A DNA stretch of 64,000 nucleotides from Chlamydiota bacterium. GTDB lineage: Bacteria > Chlamydiota > Chlamydiia > Chlamydiales > RGXB01. The stretch is from positions 1,998-65,997 of the forward strand of contig CANLTW010000006.1 in the NCBI GenBank assembly GCA_947494155.1. The letters are read 5' to 3'. The notes beneath the pieces are model-generated. The model was not told where the DNA came from and did no database searches. It saw nothing but the letters and a program-made list of their open reading frames with translations. Below are positions 27,501 through 37,716 of this stretch, piece after piece (the first letter of the stretch is position 1; every line of letters begins with the position of its first letter). The position numbers were made by a program, and so were the translations under genes.

Positions 27501-30446
27501 TTACAAAAGGCCTAATAAAGGTGTGGGATTCAACCTTTTTTCAAAAAGTTGGGAGGAGGTCCAAAGCATTTGCTGCCTGTTTTCTTTAAGTGCTTTATCT
27601 GGATCATTGATATGCACATTGTCAAAAAGGGCATCGATCTTGGGTTTTAAATCCAATAACGCTACGAGTAGGGGTTCGTGAGGGAGAGTCTTGAGAAGGG
27701 AGAAGAGCTCTTTTTCCTGTAAAGTGACGAAGTGGTTTGGCTCCACTAGACGTTTATGATCTACTGCTTGCCCTTTGACTCTTCGGTAGACCTCAAGCCA
27801 ATCTTTAAAAGCTAGGGGATCTTGACGAAGCTTTTTAAGCTCTTCTGCTGTTTTAAAGATTTTCACAATGTTCAGCTCCGAGGCAGAAATTAGGGCCTCT
27901 ACCTCCTCTTTAGCATAACCTGTCTCTAAAAGAAGAGTCTTAAGCCTGCTGCGGATGAGATGAGCGGGTTCGTGCCGATTTTTTTCCCTGTGGGGAGTTT
28001 CCTTATACGATAACAGTAGGTGGTTGATCGCCTCATCAATATTGAGATCCCAACCCAGCTCTTTTAAAAGTTTTACAATCGACAAAGCCTGGCGCCGTTG
28101 GGCGTAAGGGTCTTTTGAAGAGGTAGCAAGTAAATTGACCGTTGAAAAAGCAATGATATTATCGAGCTTGTCAATAAGCGATACAATTTTTCCCGTTTCA
28201 CAAGAGGGGAGTGGGTCACTCTCCATTTGGGGTTGATAATGTTCGCAAATAGCAGAGCTTGTTGCGGGGGATACCATAAGGAGTTTGGAATAAAGGGATC
28301 CCATCAATCCTTGAAGCTCAGGAAATTCCCCCACTACATTAGAGTTGAGATCCCCTTTGCAGTACCCTATCGCCTCAATAACGTTAGAAAATTCTTTTCC
28401 TATATGCGCACGAAAGCTCTCAGCGATTTTCAACATGCGGTCTATTTTATTTTTATAGGTACCCAACTCCTTTTGAAACACCACCTTGTCCAGTTTTTCG
28501 GTCATTTTTTTTAGGCCAAGTTTTTTGTCCTCTTCAAAGAAAAAGGCTCCATCGGAGAGTCTAGCTCTAAGAACTCGACCGTTATTTTCAAGGATATGCT
28601 CTTTTGTTGGTGCGTCTAAAATCACACAAGCTTCGTTGGTGATCTTATTGTGTTTGTAGATCGGAAGGTAACGCTGATGGACAATCATCTCCAATTCGAT
28701 CAGTTGCGGAGGCAAGGTTAAGAAATTGGGGTCAAATTTTACAAATCCCACCTCAGGATACTCGCTCAAATAGATCAACTCCTCTATAAGCCGTTCGATA
28801 CCGGTGGTCCCTTGTGGCAAAGCGCCTAAAATGCGCTCTTTTCTTTTTGAGGGATCTAGAATCACGTAGTGGTCTTCAAGCTTTTGTAGGTATTCTTTGA
28901 CGTGCCCAATCGCAATTGGCTTGTGCATCCGTTGCCTATGCCCCCAGGTGATTTTTTGGCTGTGCACCTCAGCGAATTCGATGGGGATGTTTTTATCACC
29001 ATAAAGGCAAATCAGCCCCCTTACAGGACGGGCGAAGGCGATATTCGAACTGTTCCAACGCATCGACTTAGGTGTTTTCAACTTCAGCAAAATTTTAGGG
29101 ATCTCTTGCTGCAGCAGGGAAGCGATATCTTGCGCTGGCAGTGTTTTTTTATGAAAAACATAACCTGAATCAATCCAAAGGCTGGGATCCTCACCACTTT
29201 GCAGGGTCTCGATGGAGGGGATATTTTTGCCGATAGAGGCAAAGAAGGCTTGGGCCACAGGGGTAGGGGTATTAGAAGGGGTAAAAAGGGCGACGATACT
29301 AGGCCCTTTTTTTACCGTTTCAATCTCTTCTGTGGAGGTTTTCAACTCGCGGGCAATGAGAGCTAAACGTCTGTGAGTACTGTAGCTTTCTAAGCCCGCA
29401 TGGGTCGCTTTAACCGATGTAAAAAATTCTCCCATCAGCTTTTCGAGCTCTTTAGAAAGAGAAGGGACATAGTGTGCGGGGAGATCTTCGGTGAAGACCT
29501 CTAGCAGGAAATCCTCGTGAGTGGCTGTTGAGTGATGCACCACATCGCTAAAACGGTGGGAGGGAGGCGTTTGTTTTTGATACTTTAAAAGGGGGAAACC
29601 CATTTTTTTTCGGAGTTCGAGATACTCTTTTGCCGTCATTGCTGCGAGCTCTCGGACTTTGAGAATATAGGATTGTCTTTCGGTGACAGAGATAAATCCG
29701 CGCGCATCCAGCATATTGAACGCATGCGAGGCTTTGTTTACGAAATCATACGCGGGGATGGGGAGATTTTTCTCGATTAAGCGTACAACCTCTTTGGAGT
29801 AGACCTCAAAAAGATTAAACCAAAGGTCGCTGGAGGCCTCTTCCAGATTGTAGCGGCTCGCCTGCACCTCGCGTAAATGGTAAAGATCTTTGTAGGAATA
29901 GACACCTCCAAAAGGGACATCATAGATCGAAGACTTGTGGTTGATAAACATGGAAAGGCGCTCAAGGCCGTAGGCAATTTCAACAGGGATCGATTCCATC
30001 TCAATTCCAGCGACCGACTGAAAATAGGTGAATTGTGTGATCTCCATGCCGTCACACCACACCTCCCAGCCTAGTCCCCAAGCTCCTAAAGTGGGAGATT
30101 CCCAGTCGTCTTGCACGAACCTAATGTCATGATCTTTTTGGCTTAAACCAATCGCCTCTAAAGAGTCTAGATAGAGTTGGATAATCGCTTCCGGTGCGGG
30201 CTTCAATAGAACCTGGTACTGGTGGAAAAGTTGAAGACGGTTTGGGTTTTCTCCGTACCGGCCATCTTTGGGCCGTCGTGACGGATCAATGTGGGCAATC
30301 TGGCAAGGCTCCGGTCCTAAGGAACGCAAAAAGGTGTGGTGGGAGAATGTCCCTGCCCCTTTCTCGGTATCGTCGGCTGCAACAATACAGCAGCCCTGTT
30401 TGCTCCAGAATTCATTGAGTTGCATAACGATATTTTGAAAGTCCAT
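27501..30446 (-). CDS. glyQS: Glycine--tRNA ligase, fused alpha and beta subunits
   Basis: 981 aa. GlyQ-like N-terminus MDFQNIVMQLNEFWSKQGC...YQPSRRPKDGRYGENPNRLQ is followed by a GlyS-like region. The fusion is the chlamydial arrangement. Confidence 0.9.
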   Translation of the reverse strand: MDFQNIVMQLNEFWSKQGCCIVAADDTEKGAGTFSHHTFLRSLGPEPCQIAHIDPSRRPKDGRYGENPNRLQLFHQYQVLLKPAPEAIIQLYLDSLEAIGLSQKDHDIRFVQDDWESPTLGAWGLGWEVWCDGMEITQFTYFQSVAGIEMESIPVEIAYGLERLSMFINHKSSIYDVPFGGVYSYKDLYHLREVQASRYNLEEASSDLWFNLFEVYSKEVVRLIEKNLPIPAYDFVNKASHAFNMLDARGFISVTERQSYILKVRELAAMTAKEYLELRKKMGFPLLKYQKQTPPSHRFSDVVHHSTATHEDFLLEVFTEDLPAHYVPSLSKELEKLMGEFFTSVKATHAGLESYSTHRRLALIARELKTSTEEIETVKKGPSIVALFTPSNTPTPVAQAFFASIGKNIPSIETLQSGEDPSLWIDSGYVFHKKTLPAQDIASLLQQEIPKILLKLKTPKSMRWNSSNIAFARPVRGLICLYGDKNIPIEFAEVHSQKITWGHRQRMHKPIAIGHVKEYLQKLEDHYVILDPSKRKERILGALPQGTTGIERLIEELIYLSEYPEVGFVKFDPNFLTLPPQLIELEMIVHQRYLPIYKHNKITNEACVILDAPTKEHILENNGRVLRARLSDGAFFFEEDKKLGLKKMTEKLDKVVFQKELGTYKNKIDRMLKIAESFRAHIGKEFSNVIEAIGYCKGDLNSNVVGEFPELQGLMGSLYSKLLMVSPATSSAICEHYQPQMESDPLPSCETGKIVSLIDKLDNIIAFSTVNLLATSSKDPYAQRRQALSIVKLLKELGWDLNIDEAINHLLLSYKETPHREKNRHEPAHLIRSRLKTLLLETGYAKEEVEALISASELNIVKIFKTAEELKKLRQDPLAFKDWLEVYRRVKGQAVDHKRLVEPNHFVTLQEKELFSLLKTLPHEPLLVALLDLKPKIDALFDNVHINDPDKALKENRQQMLWTSSQLFEKRLNPTPLLGLL

Positions 30447-30720
30447 ATAAGATACGTGGTGGTTAGAGTGTTTTTGCCCAAGAATTTTTTGTTTTTTAAA
30501 AAAGAAAAACTTCTCTTGGTGTTATTCTAGTTTAGGTCTTAGTTTATCCGTTTGTCCCAATTTTTCTCTACGTGAAATATAGACCAAACAGGCGTTGGTA
30601 AATTTTGTTTTACGGTGTTTGAAGCGCAGGATAGGAAAATAAAGGGGAGATTGCTATTCTTGGAAAAACCCTTTTTTTAGATATTCTAAAGAAGAAAAAC
30701 ATAAATACATGGAGTAGACC

Positions 30721-31326
30721 TTGAATCTCCCAACAGCCCTTACTGTCTCCAGAATCCTCCTTTGCCCCTTTTTTTTAGCTGTATACCTTTATCCACAGCA
30801 ATTGGGGGTAAAAAATATTCTACAGCCTATAGCACTCATCGTTCTCACGGTATTTATAGTTGCTACCGATGCTCTGGATGGGTATTTAGCCCGTAAATGG
30901 AGGATTGTTACAAAAATTGGTAAACTTTTAGACCCGATGTCTGATTGTATTGTGTTTCTGTCGATCTTTTTTTGCTTTACTAGAGCTCCAATCGAGATCC
31001 CTCTGTGGATACCAATCATCATGATGTGCAGAGAAATAGCGGTTGCTTATCTTCGCTCTTTGATCGCTTTAGAGCAGCAGGCTATGGGTGCAAGATGGAC
31101 AGGGAAAGCCAAAACTATCGTGCAATTTTTTGCCTTGGGATCGACCCTTGTGGGGCTCCTTTTTTTCTCCTTAAAGCTGATCGATTTAAAGACTCTGCAA
31201 CAGATTTCCCTATGGGTCTTTTGTTTCACAGCCTCAATCTCCCTCTTTTCTTTGATAGAGTATGGTGTACATTGTAAAGAGGTAATCAAAAAAAGTTTTC
31301 AATCTTCAGCTCGTGAGGAGTCGTAA
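30721..31326 (+). CDS. pgsA: CDP-diacylglycerol--glycerol-3-phosphate 3-phosphatidyltransferase
   Basis: TTG start. CDP-alcohol phosphatidyltransferase motif DALDGYLARKWRIVTKIGKLLDPMSD. Polytopic, 201 aa. Confidence 0.8.
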   Translation: MNLPTALTVSRILLCPFFLAVYLYPQQLGVKNILQPIALIVLTVFIVATDALDGYLARKWRIVTKIGKLLDPMSDCIVFLSIFFCFTRAPIEIPLWIPIIMMCREIAVAYLRSLIALEQQAMGARWTGKAKTIVQFFALGSTLVGLLFFSLKLIDLKTLQQISLWVFCFTASISLFSLIEYGVHCKEVIKKSFQSSAREES

Positions 31327-31334
31327 ACTAGAGC

Positions 31335-32792
31335 TCAGCTTTTAAAAGAGGCTATTTTTTCATACACTTCTAAGTAGGCCTTCGCCGAATTCTTCCAAGA
31401 AATGTCCACTTTGCAGGCGTTTTTTTGGCGCTCTTTGTAACTTTGAGTCCCAAACTCTTGCAAGGCTCTCCCTACAATCCATGTGACCCCTTCAATATCT
31501 GCGTCAAGGAATGTGTACCCGTTGACCGGGTTAGAGGGTTTAGCATCATTTAGGTCAAACACGGTATCGCTAAGGCCGCCGGTTTTGCGAACAATAGGGA
31601 TCGTGGCAAAGTAAAGGCTATAGAGCTGAGTAAGCCCGCAGGGCTCAAAATGGGAAGGGATTATAGTGAAGTCTGCCGCAGCGAAAAGTTGCTCTGCAAG
31701 TTTGGGGTTATACCCAAGCACAATCCGTACCCTATTTGTATGCTGCCACTCCTCTTCAAGATCTTTAAACAGTTTTTGTACATGGTGATCTCCGTCCAAA
31801 CCAACAAGGATAAACACCCCCCCCTTGGACAAAACCTGTTTTGCTGCCTCGTAGATTAAGTGGGGTGCTTTCTGCTCCACAAGTCGGGTCACAGAGATAA
31901 GCCAAAAAGGGGTTTTGGGATCCACCCCTAATTCTGAGGTAAGTTTTTTTTTCACCTCGGTTTTGAGGTCTAAAATTTTGGCTAGATTGCGGTTTTTTAC
32001 CTCGTCAGATATCTCGATATATCGCTCAATTTCTACCGGGTCGAGGCCATTTAGAATGCCAGTGAATTGTTTGGACCTTTTTAGGAAGATCTCATGGAGT
32101 CCTCTGCCGAGCTCGACCGTTTCGATCTCCTTGGCGTAGGTAGGGGACACAGTGGTAATGTGATCAGAGGTTCTTAATCCCCCCAGTAGGAGATTGAATC
32201 GATAAGGGATATAAAGATCTTCAAGTTGTTTGCAAGCAGCCGGGGAAAATAGACCCGCATCTTGTAACGCTTCATAGGGGGTGATTCCCTGGTAACTAAG
32301 GTTATGTACAGTAAGGAGAAAAGCGGGGCGCTTGAGGTCCCTTTTTACCTCATCAAACAAGACAGGGGCTATGGCTGTTGGCCAATCATGAAGATGGATT
32401 AGAGGTGGGTTTTTTTTCAAAACAACAAGAGTCTCTAACGCCCCCTTAAGGAAGGCTAGAAAACGGCTCACGTCATCATCATAACCGTAAATCCGATCCC
32501 TTTGAAAAAATTGAGCTTTTGAATGGAGCTCTAAAAGATAGATGTGGATCCCCTCATAGATCGATTTGTAAATGGTCACTGCAACTGTTTCGTTACCGAA
32601 CGGGAATTGTGCTGTCTCCTCCATACGGGTAATGGGGGGGAGGTGGTGTTTGGCAAATGGGTAAGAGGGGATAAAAATATCGACTGAATGACCCTGTTTG
32701 ACCAATTCTTTGGAAAGACCAAGAACAACATCTGCAAGGCCGCCCACTTTAGCAAAAGGGGCACACTCTGGGGTGAAGTGGGTAATATGCAT
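31335..32792 (-). CDS. glgA: Glycogen synthase (ADP-glucose type)
   Basis: N-terminus ECAPFAKVGGLADVV (KxGGL motif). 485 aa, GT5 architecture. Confidence 0.9.
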   Translation of the reverse strand: MHITHFTPECAPFAKVGGLADVVLGLSKELVKQGHSVDIFIPSYPFAKHHLPPITRMEETAQFPFGNETVAVTIYKSIYEGIHIYLLELHSKAQFFQRDRIYGYDDDVSRFLAFLKGALETLVVLKKNPPLIHLHDWPTAIAPVLFDEVKRDLKRPAFLLTVHNLSYQGITPYEALQDAGLFSPAACKQLEDLYIPYRFNLLLGGLRTSDHITTVSPTYAKEIETVELGRGLHEIFLKRSKQFTGILNGLDPVEIERYIEISDEVKNRNLAKILDLKTEVKKKLTSELGVDPKTPFWLISVTRLVEQKAPHLIYEAAKQVLSKGGVFILVGLDGDHHVQKLFKDLEEEWQHTNRVRIVLGYNPKLAEQLFAAADFTIIPSHFEPCGLTQLYSLYFATIPIVRKTGGLSDTVFDLNDAKPSNPVNGYTFLDADIEGVTWIVGRALQEFGTQSYKERQKNACKVDISWKNSAKAYLEVYEKIASFKS

Positions 32793-32866
32793 ACACTGTT
32801 GAATAATCTAATCAAAAATTATTGTCTAAGTATATGCATATGGATTTAAAGTTGAGTCGAAAAAAA

Positions 32867-33103
32867 TCAAACGAAAGCGATCTTCAGCTCAGCGCTCTTC
32901 TCTTCGTGTTGGGCTTTTACACCGATATGGACTGCCGGGTAGTCGGGGACAGCCTCTTTAAGAATGTTGTAAGTGGTTCGTCCTGTTTCTTTCCACTCTT
33001 GGATCAAGTCGCGTACGAGCTCTCCGAAGGAAACTTTTCCTACGCAGAATTCACCCTCTTTTGCCATAGCTTTCTTATCAGCATCACAACAACTTAGGCA
33101 CAT
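32867..33103 (-). CDS. Hypothetical small protein with Cys-rich N-terminus (78 aa)
   Basis: ORF only: MCLSCCDADKKAMAKEGEFC... Located 74 nt upstream of glgA on the same strand. Confidence 0.4.
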   Translation of the reverse strand: MCLSCCDADKKAMAKEGEFCVGKVSFGELVRDLIQEWKETGRTTYNILKEAVPDYPAVHIGVKAQHEEKSAELKIAFV

Positions 33104-33385
33104 ACGATCACTCCTTAAGATTGAATAGGTTATAATGGAGATACTTCCACAAAGAGAGATTTATAGCCATAAAAATTTGACAAAGGTTTTAAGTGCGCTT
33201 GACAGAGCGTTTGCTAAAAACAAAAAAAATCATTACCAGAAAACAAATAAAAATTTTAACTTAGCGTATCCTGAATTCGCTTCAAGCTAGTATTTAACGC
33301 AACTCTTTAAGGATGTTTATCTTTTAAAAACAGGAGTCAAAAAAAGGCAAAGGGGGCGCCAGGCCCAAATAAAGACAAAAAAGCT

Positions 33386-33414
33386 TTGCCAAAAATCGTC
33401 GGCAAATGTATATT
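33386..33414 (+). promoter_or_regulatory. Candidate sigma70-type promoter for tRNA-Gln
   Basis: TTGCCA, 17-nt spacer, TATATT. The -10 ends about 20 nt before the tRNA 5' end. Sequence match only. Confidence 0.4.
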
Positions 33415-33433
33415 TTAGCGTATTAAAACTTGA

Positions 33434-33505
33434 TGGACTGTCGCCAAGTGGTAAGGCACCGGGTTTTGGCTCCGGCACGCGCAGGTTCGAATCCTGCCAG
33501 TCCAA
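33434..33505 (+). tRNA. tRNA-Gln (anticodon UUG)
   Basis: TGGACTGTCGCCAAGTGGTAAGGCACCGGGTTTTGGCTCCGGCACGCGCAGGTTCGAATCCTGCCAGTCCAA. Acceptor stem TGGACTG/CAGTCCA pairs. Anticodon loop is TTTTGGC and a GGTTCGAATCC T-arm is present. No encoded CCA. Confidence 0.9.
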
Positions 33506-33652
33506 ATTTATAAACAAAAAAGATAGACCTCTCGTGAATAACGAGTTGACCACGACCTTAGTGTCTCTATCAACAAATGTTTTTCTAGGATCGCATTCTA
33601 GTTCTTCACAAGTTGTCTCTCTTTTTATTTCAATCAAACCATCAGGAGAACT

Positions 33653-34204
33653 ATGAAGCTCAACGCGTCCACTTGTTCACGCGAGTCTAAGCGAGATATC
33701 AAGCTGATGAAGCTAGACGGATTCATCCCTGCAATCATCTATAAAAAAGGTGAGGCTTCTCATAAAATTCGTATTCTTAAAAAAGAGTTCGAAGCCCATT
33801 TGAGACACATCGAAAAAGGCCATTTGGCGACTACTGTTTTTACCGTCCACATGAACGGCAAAGACGAAAAAATGATTGTTAAAGGGATCGAGTACACAAA
33901 AACCACTTACGAAGTTTTGCATATCGATTTCCAACCGCTCACGGAAGGGCACATCAAAGTGCGCGTACCTGTTGTTCTCTTAGGCGAAAAAGACTGTGAG
34001 GCTGTGAAAGCGGGATTTAGCCTTAAACAAGCTAAACGTTTCATCCGCGTTGAAGCGCCTGTAAAACACATTCCAGCAAAATTCGAGATCAACGTGCGCA
34101 GCTTGCAACCAAGAGAAAAGGTGCGTGTTGCCGATTTGCAAAAAGAGGCACATGTACGCATTCTTGCTGCTGATAACGAACTTATCGTAACTGCTAGCAA
34201 GTAA
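33653..34204 (+). CDS. rplY: 50S ribosomal protein L25/general stress protein Ctc
   Basis: 183 aa. N-terminal KLDGFIPAIIYKKGE. AGGAGA SD upstream. Confidence 0.85.
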   Translation: MKLNASTCSRESKRDIKLMKLDGFIPAIIYKKGEASHKIRILKKEFEAHLRHIEKGHLATTVFTVHMNGKDEKMIVKGIEYTKTTYEVLHIDFQPLTEGHIKVRVPVVLLGEKDCEAVKAGFSLKQAKRFIRVEAPVKHIPAKFEINVRSLQPREKVRVADLQKEAHVRILAADNELIVTASK

Positions 34205-34212
34205 ATAAAATT

Positions 34213-34740
34213 GTGAAGCTCGTTGTCGGCTTAGGAAATCCAGGTGCGAAATACGCCAAAACTCGTCATAACGCAGGATTTATTGTCCTGGACAGTTATG
34301 CGGCAAAAAAAGGGTTAGTATTTACGTACTCTAAGTATTGCAAAGGGGAAGTAGCAGCAATTGCTGATACTGTTTTTTTGAAGCCTGCAAACTACATGAA
34401 TCTTTCAGGTCAGGCAGTAAAAGCCGCTAAAGATTTTTTCCACGTTGAGTTGCAAGATATTCTTGTTTTAACTGACGACGTGGAAAGCCCTCTGGGAATC
34501 TTTCGTTTTAAGAGAGAAGGGGGGGCTAAAGGCCACAACGGGCTGAGAAGTATTGAGTCCTCGTTAGGAACGAAATCCTACGCCAGAATTTGGGTCGGGA
34601 TCTCCAGAGACAACACCATCCCCCTGGATCAGTATGTTTTGGAGCCGTTTCGAAAAGAGGAATTAGAAAAGCTAAATGAAGAAGAAGACAAGATTCATCA
34701 ATTGATTGATGAGTGGATTTTAGGAGTCACGAATGTCTAA
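34213..34740 (+). CDS. pth: Peptidyl-tRNA hydrolase
   Basis: GTG start. MKLVVGLGNPGAKYAKTRHNAGF and GHNGLRSI motifs. Confidence 0.95.
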   Translation: MKLVVGLGNPGAKYAKTRHNAGFIVLDSYAAKKGLVFTYSKYCKGEVAAIADTVFLKPANYMNLSGQAVKAAKDFFHVELQDILVLTDDVESPLGIFRFKREGGAKGHNGLRSIESSLGTKSYARIWVGISRDNTIPLDQYVLEPFRKEELEKLNEEEDKIHQLIDEWILGVTNV

Positions 34741-35077
34741 ACAACAAAGAGTCCGTCTCTACGAGGGAATGTACATCTTAAAGAGTACGCTCGGAGAAGA
34801 GGCACACCAAAAAGCTCTTGAGCGTATCTTCGGTATTATCACAGCTCAAGGTGGTGAAGTTAAAAAATTATTCGATATGGGGCGTAGACGTCTTGCATAC
34901 GAAATCAAAGAGAACAGAGAAGGTCACTATATTTTGATTTTCTTTGAAGCTCCCTCAACAGGTTTGGTGGAAATCAACCGTGAAAACGGCTTCCATGAGG
35001 ATCTATTACGCTCGATGATCATCGTAGCTGAGACGGTACCTGAGGAAATTTCGTTCAAACAATTGGTTCAAGTATAG
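34733..35077 (+). CDS. rpsF: 30S ribosomal protein S6
   Basis: RLYEGMYILKSTLGEE... and WGRRRLAYEI-type motif (MGRRRLAYEIKENREGHY). Confidence 0.9.
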   Translation: MSKQQRVRLYEGMYILKSTLGEEAHQKALERIFGIITAQGGEVKKLFDMGRRRLAYEIKENREGHYILIFFEAPSTGLVEINRENGFHEDLLRSMIIVAETVPEEISFKQLVQV

Positions 35078-35085
35078 GGTGAATT

Positions 35086-35322
35086 ATGAGAAAATCTTCT
35101 ACAGATAAAAAGTCGGCGAAGAAAAAGTGCTTGTTCACCCAGTCGGGTTTCAAAGCCATCGATTATAAAGACGTTGAGACCTTGAGCCAGTTTATTACTG
35201 AGCGGGGTAAAATCCTTCCACGCCGTATCAGCGGAACTTCTACACACTATCAACGCATTTTGACTGCTGCGATTAAGCGTGCTCGTTTCGTTGCGTTACT
35301 ACCGTTTGTTGCTAAAGATTAA
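35086..35322 (+). CDS. rpsR: 30S ribosomal protein S18
   Basis: [50 protein letters not shown]. Confidence 0.95.
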   Translation: MRKSSTDKKSAKKKCLFTQSGFKAIDYKDVETLSQFITERGKILPRRISGTSTHYQRILTAAIKRARFVALLPFVAKD

Positions 35323-35339
35323 TCGAGGAGAAAACAACT

Positions 35340-35876
35340 ATGAAACAGAATCGCGTTCTTCTGATTAAAGATGTTAGAAACCTTGGACGCAGTGGCGATA
35401 TCGTCAATGTGAAGCCAGGTTTTAGCCGTAATTTTTTGATCCCTTACGGCCATGGCATCCGTGCAACAGCTCATACTGAAAAGCTCCAGACAAAACTCCG
35501 CGAGGAGCGGTTGTTGAAAGCCGCTGAGGACAGAAAAGTCTCAGATCGTATCAAATCGCAACTCGAGCAATTAACATTTGTTGTTGATGTACGAGTCGAT
35601 GAGACAGGGCATCTTTACGGGTCGGTCAACGTCCAAGATATCTTGAATCTTTTACACCAAGAAAATTTCCAAGAGATCGAAAAAGGGCAAATCAAATTAG
35701 CCCATCCGATCAAGCAATTGGGAAATCACGTCGTAAAAATTCGTCTTAAAGAGGATGTTGAGGCAGAAATGCACATCCGTGTTAAAAATGACGAGTTTGA
35801 GGCTAGCTTGCACAAAAAGCAAGAAGAGGCTGAGCACGCCGTGGTAGAGCCTGCTTCCACAGACTACAGCGAATAG
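35340..35876 (+). CDS. rplI: 50S ribosomal protein L9
   Basis: VLLIKDVRNLGRSGDIVNVKPGFSRNFLIP N-terminal domain. 178 aa. Confidence 0.95.
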   Translation: MKQNRVLLIKDVRNLGRSGDIVNVKPGFSRNFLIPYGHGIRATAHTEKLQTKLREERLLKAAEDRKVSDRIKSQLEQLTFVVDVRVDETGHLYGSVNVQDILNLLHQENFQEIEKGQIKLAHPIKQLGNHVVKIRLKEDVEAEMHIRVKNDEFEASLHKKQEEAEHAVVEPASTDYSE

Positions 35877-35883
35877 TTCAGGT

Positions 35884-36675
35884 TTGACAGTGTCTTATCC
35901 ATTCCTCTCTCCTGCAAAAATCAATCTAGATTTTAAAATTTTAGGCAGAAGAGAGGATGGATATCATTTGATTCGATCCGAAATGGTTGCAATCAACCTT
36001 TTTGATGAGTTAGAGGTAGCCCTTTCTCCAACAAATTGCCTTCTTTCTCTTCAACCTCTCCCTTTCGACTTCAACACCTCAATTTTTTTTAAAGCCTATA
36101 CCCAGGTGAAGAGGAAAATTCCCGATCTTCCCTGTTTCCAAATCAAGATAAAAAAATCTATACCTATTGGAGCTGGACTTGGTGGTGGATCGTCTAATGC
36201 TGCCACTTTTATTTTCGCGATTCGGCAACTTCTTAACCTCGATTGGACCGATAATGAGATGATAGAGATCGCAAAAGGTATCGGAGCCGACGTCCCTTTT
36301 TTCTTTTCTTACGGGCGTGCACTAGCTGAGGGGATCGGTACTGAAATCACCCCTCTGCCCTTATTAGGAAAAAAAAACTTCACCCTACTATTTGATGCAA
36401 TTTCGATTGCAACTCCTTTGGTGTATCGACTTGTGGACCTTGAGCAATTAGATGAAACCGCACGAAACCAGTTGGAAAAATTTGCTGCAATTGCCTACCC
36501 AGCCTATGCACAGACCTTGAAAGAATGGAAACATCTTTTTGGGGAGGTTACTATGACCGGGTCGGGATCTGCCGCTTTTGTCGAGGGGATCATTCCTTTT
36601 AAGCTTTATGGGATAAGAGGGTTTCACTCCCACACGATCGAACGCAGGCCAAATGAGTGGTATCATCCCTGTTAA
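35884..36675 (+). CDS. ispE: 4-diphosphocytidyl-2-C-methyl-D-erythritol kinase
   Basis: TTG start. PAKINLDFKILGRREDGYHLI and GHMP-kinase motif PIGAGLGGGSSNAA. Confidence 0.9.
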   Translation: MTVSYPFLSPAKINLDFKILGRREDGYHLIRSEMVAINLFDELEVALSPTNCLLSLQPLPFDFNTSIFFKAYTQVKRKIPDLPCFQIKIKKSIPIGAGLGGGSSNAATFIFAIRQLLNLDWTDNEMIEIAKGIGADVPFFFSYGRALAEGIGTEITPLPLLGKKNFTLLFDAISIATPLVYRLVDLEQLDETARNQLEKFAAIAYPAYAQTLKEWKHLFGEVTMTGSGSAAFVEGIIPFKLYGIRGFHSHTIERRPNEWYHPC

Positions 36676-36753
36676 GCGAGGAATACTATTTGAAACCAAC
36701 TGTAAGACCTTGCTATACTCCGCCAAACTAATCGAAAAGAGTTGTGAAGTTTC

Positions 36754-37716
36754 ATGGGTTGCGAGGATTTGATTGTAGTTACTGGTGGTGCAGGTTTTAT
36801 CGCAAGGTGTGTTGTAAGAGAATTGAACCTGAAAAACATCACACGTATCGTTTTGTTCGATAAGTATGACGCATTAACTCTACAAAACCTGGAAAACCTT
36901 AGAGGGCTCTCTTTCAGCTCCTTGGAATCTAGTGAAACTCTCGAGGCATTTTTAGAGACCGAAAAGGATCAAATCAAATGTGTGATCCATTTGGGGGCGA
37001 ACTCCTCAACAACCGGTACAGATGCACGTGACTATTTGGAAAATAACTACGAGCTATCCAAACTACTAGTAGATTTTTGTTTAGAGGAAAAAATTCGGTT
37101 TATCTATGCCTCCTCAGCCTCTATCTATGGGGATTCCGCTCAAGAATTTGATGATGATCCTAAAAAATTTGCAGAAAATAGACCTCTTAATCTCTATGCT
37201 TGGTCGAAATATCTTTTCGACCAATATATCTATGAGAATGGGCTGGAAAACAGCGTTCTGGGGCTACGTCTGTTTAACGTATTTGGGCAAGATCGATCAA
37301 AAGGTGATATGCAGTGTATTGTAACAAAAGCCTTTGACAAGATTTTGCTCAAAAAGAAAATGGAGATATTTGACGTCGAATCTTCGAGAGATTTTGTCTT
37401 TGTCAAAGATGTAGCACGTTTTATTGTGGAGTCGATCCATAAGCCCAGCTATGGTATTGTCAATTTCGGAAGTGGCAAGGCAACTACTTTTAAAGAGGTT
37501 TGTGAAATGGTCTATGAGGCTATGGAGCAATCGCCCCATTTTGAAGAGATTTCTATCCCGGCACAACTCATGGGAAAATACCAGTACTACACACGCAGTA
37601 ACAACAACCGCTTGACAGAGATGTTAAAAAAACATCGATACAACTTTTCTTTTACCCCCCTACGTGATGCGATAAAAGATACTGTAGTCGAGCTCAAAGG
37701 GCTTTTATGTATTTAG
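36754..37716 (+). CDS. hldD: ADP-L-glycero-D-manno-heptose 6-epimerase
   Basis: VVTGGAGFIARCV Rossmann motif. Blocks HLGANSSTT, PLNLYAWSKYLFDQYI and GKYQYYTRSNNNRL are collinear with E. coli HldD (HEGACSSTT, PLNVYGYSKFLFDEYV, GRYQAFTQADLTNL). Confidence 0.85.
   Translation: MGCEDLIVVTGGAGFIARCVVRELNLKNITRIVLFDKYDALTLQNLENLRGLSFSSLESSETLEAFLETEKDQIKCVIHLGANSSTTGTDARDYLENNYELSKLLVDFCLEEKIRFIYASSASIYGDSAQEFDDDPKKFAENRPLNLYAWSKYLFDQYIYENGLENSVLGLRLFNVFGQDRSKGDMQCIVTKAFDKILLKKKMEIFDVESSRDFVFVKDVARFIVESIHKPSYGIVNFGSGKATTFKEVCEMVYEAMEQSPHFEEISIPAQLMGKYQYYTRSNNNRLTEMLKKHRYNFSFTPLRDAIKDTVVELKGLLCI

Noticed and set aside
33317-33637. 106-aa minus-strand ORF in the track
   Set aside because: It runs antisense across the well-formed tRNA-Gln (33434-33505) and its promoter region and has no coding motif, so it is most likely spurious.
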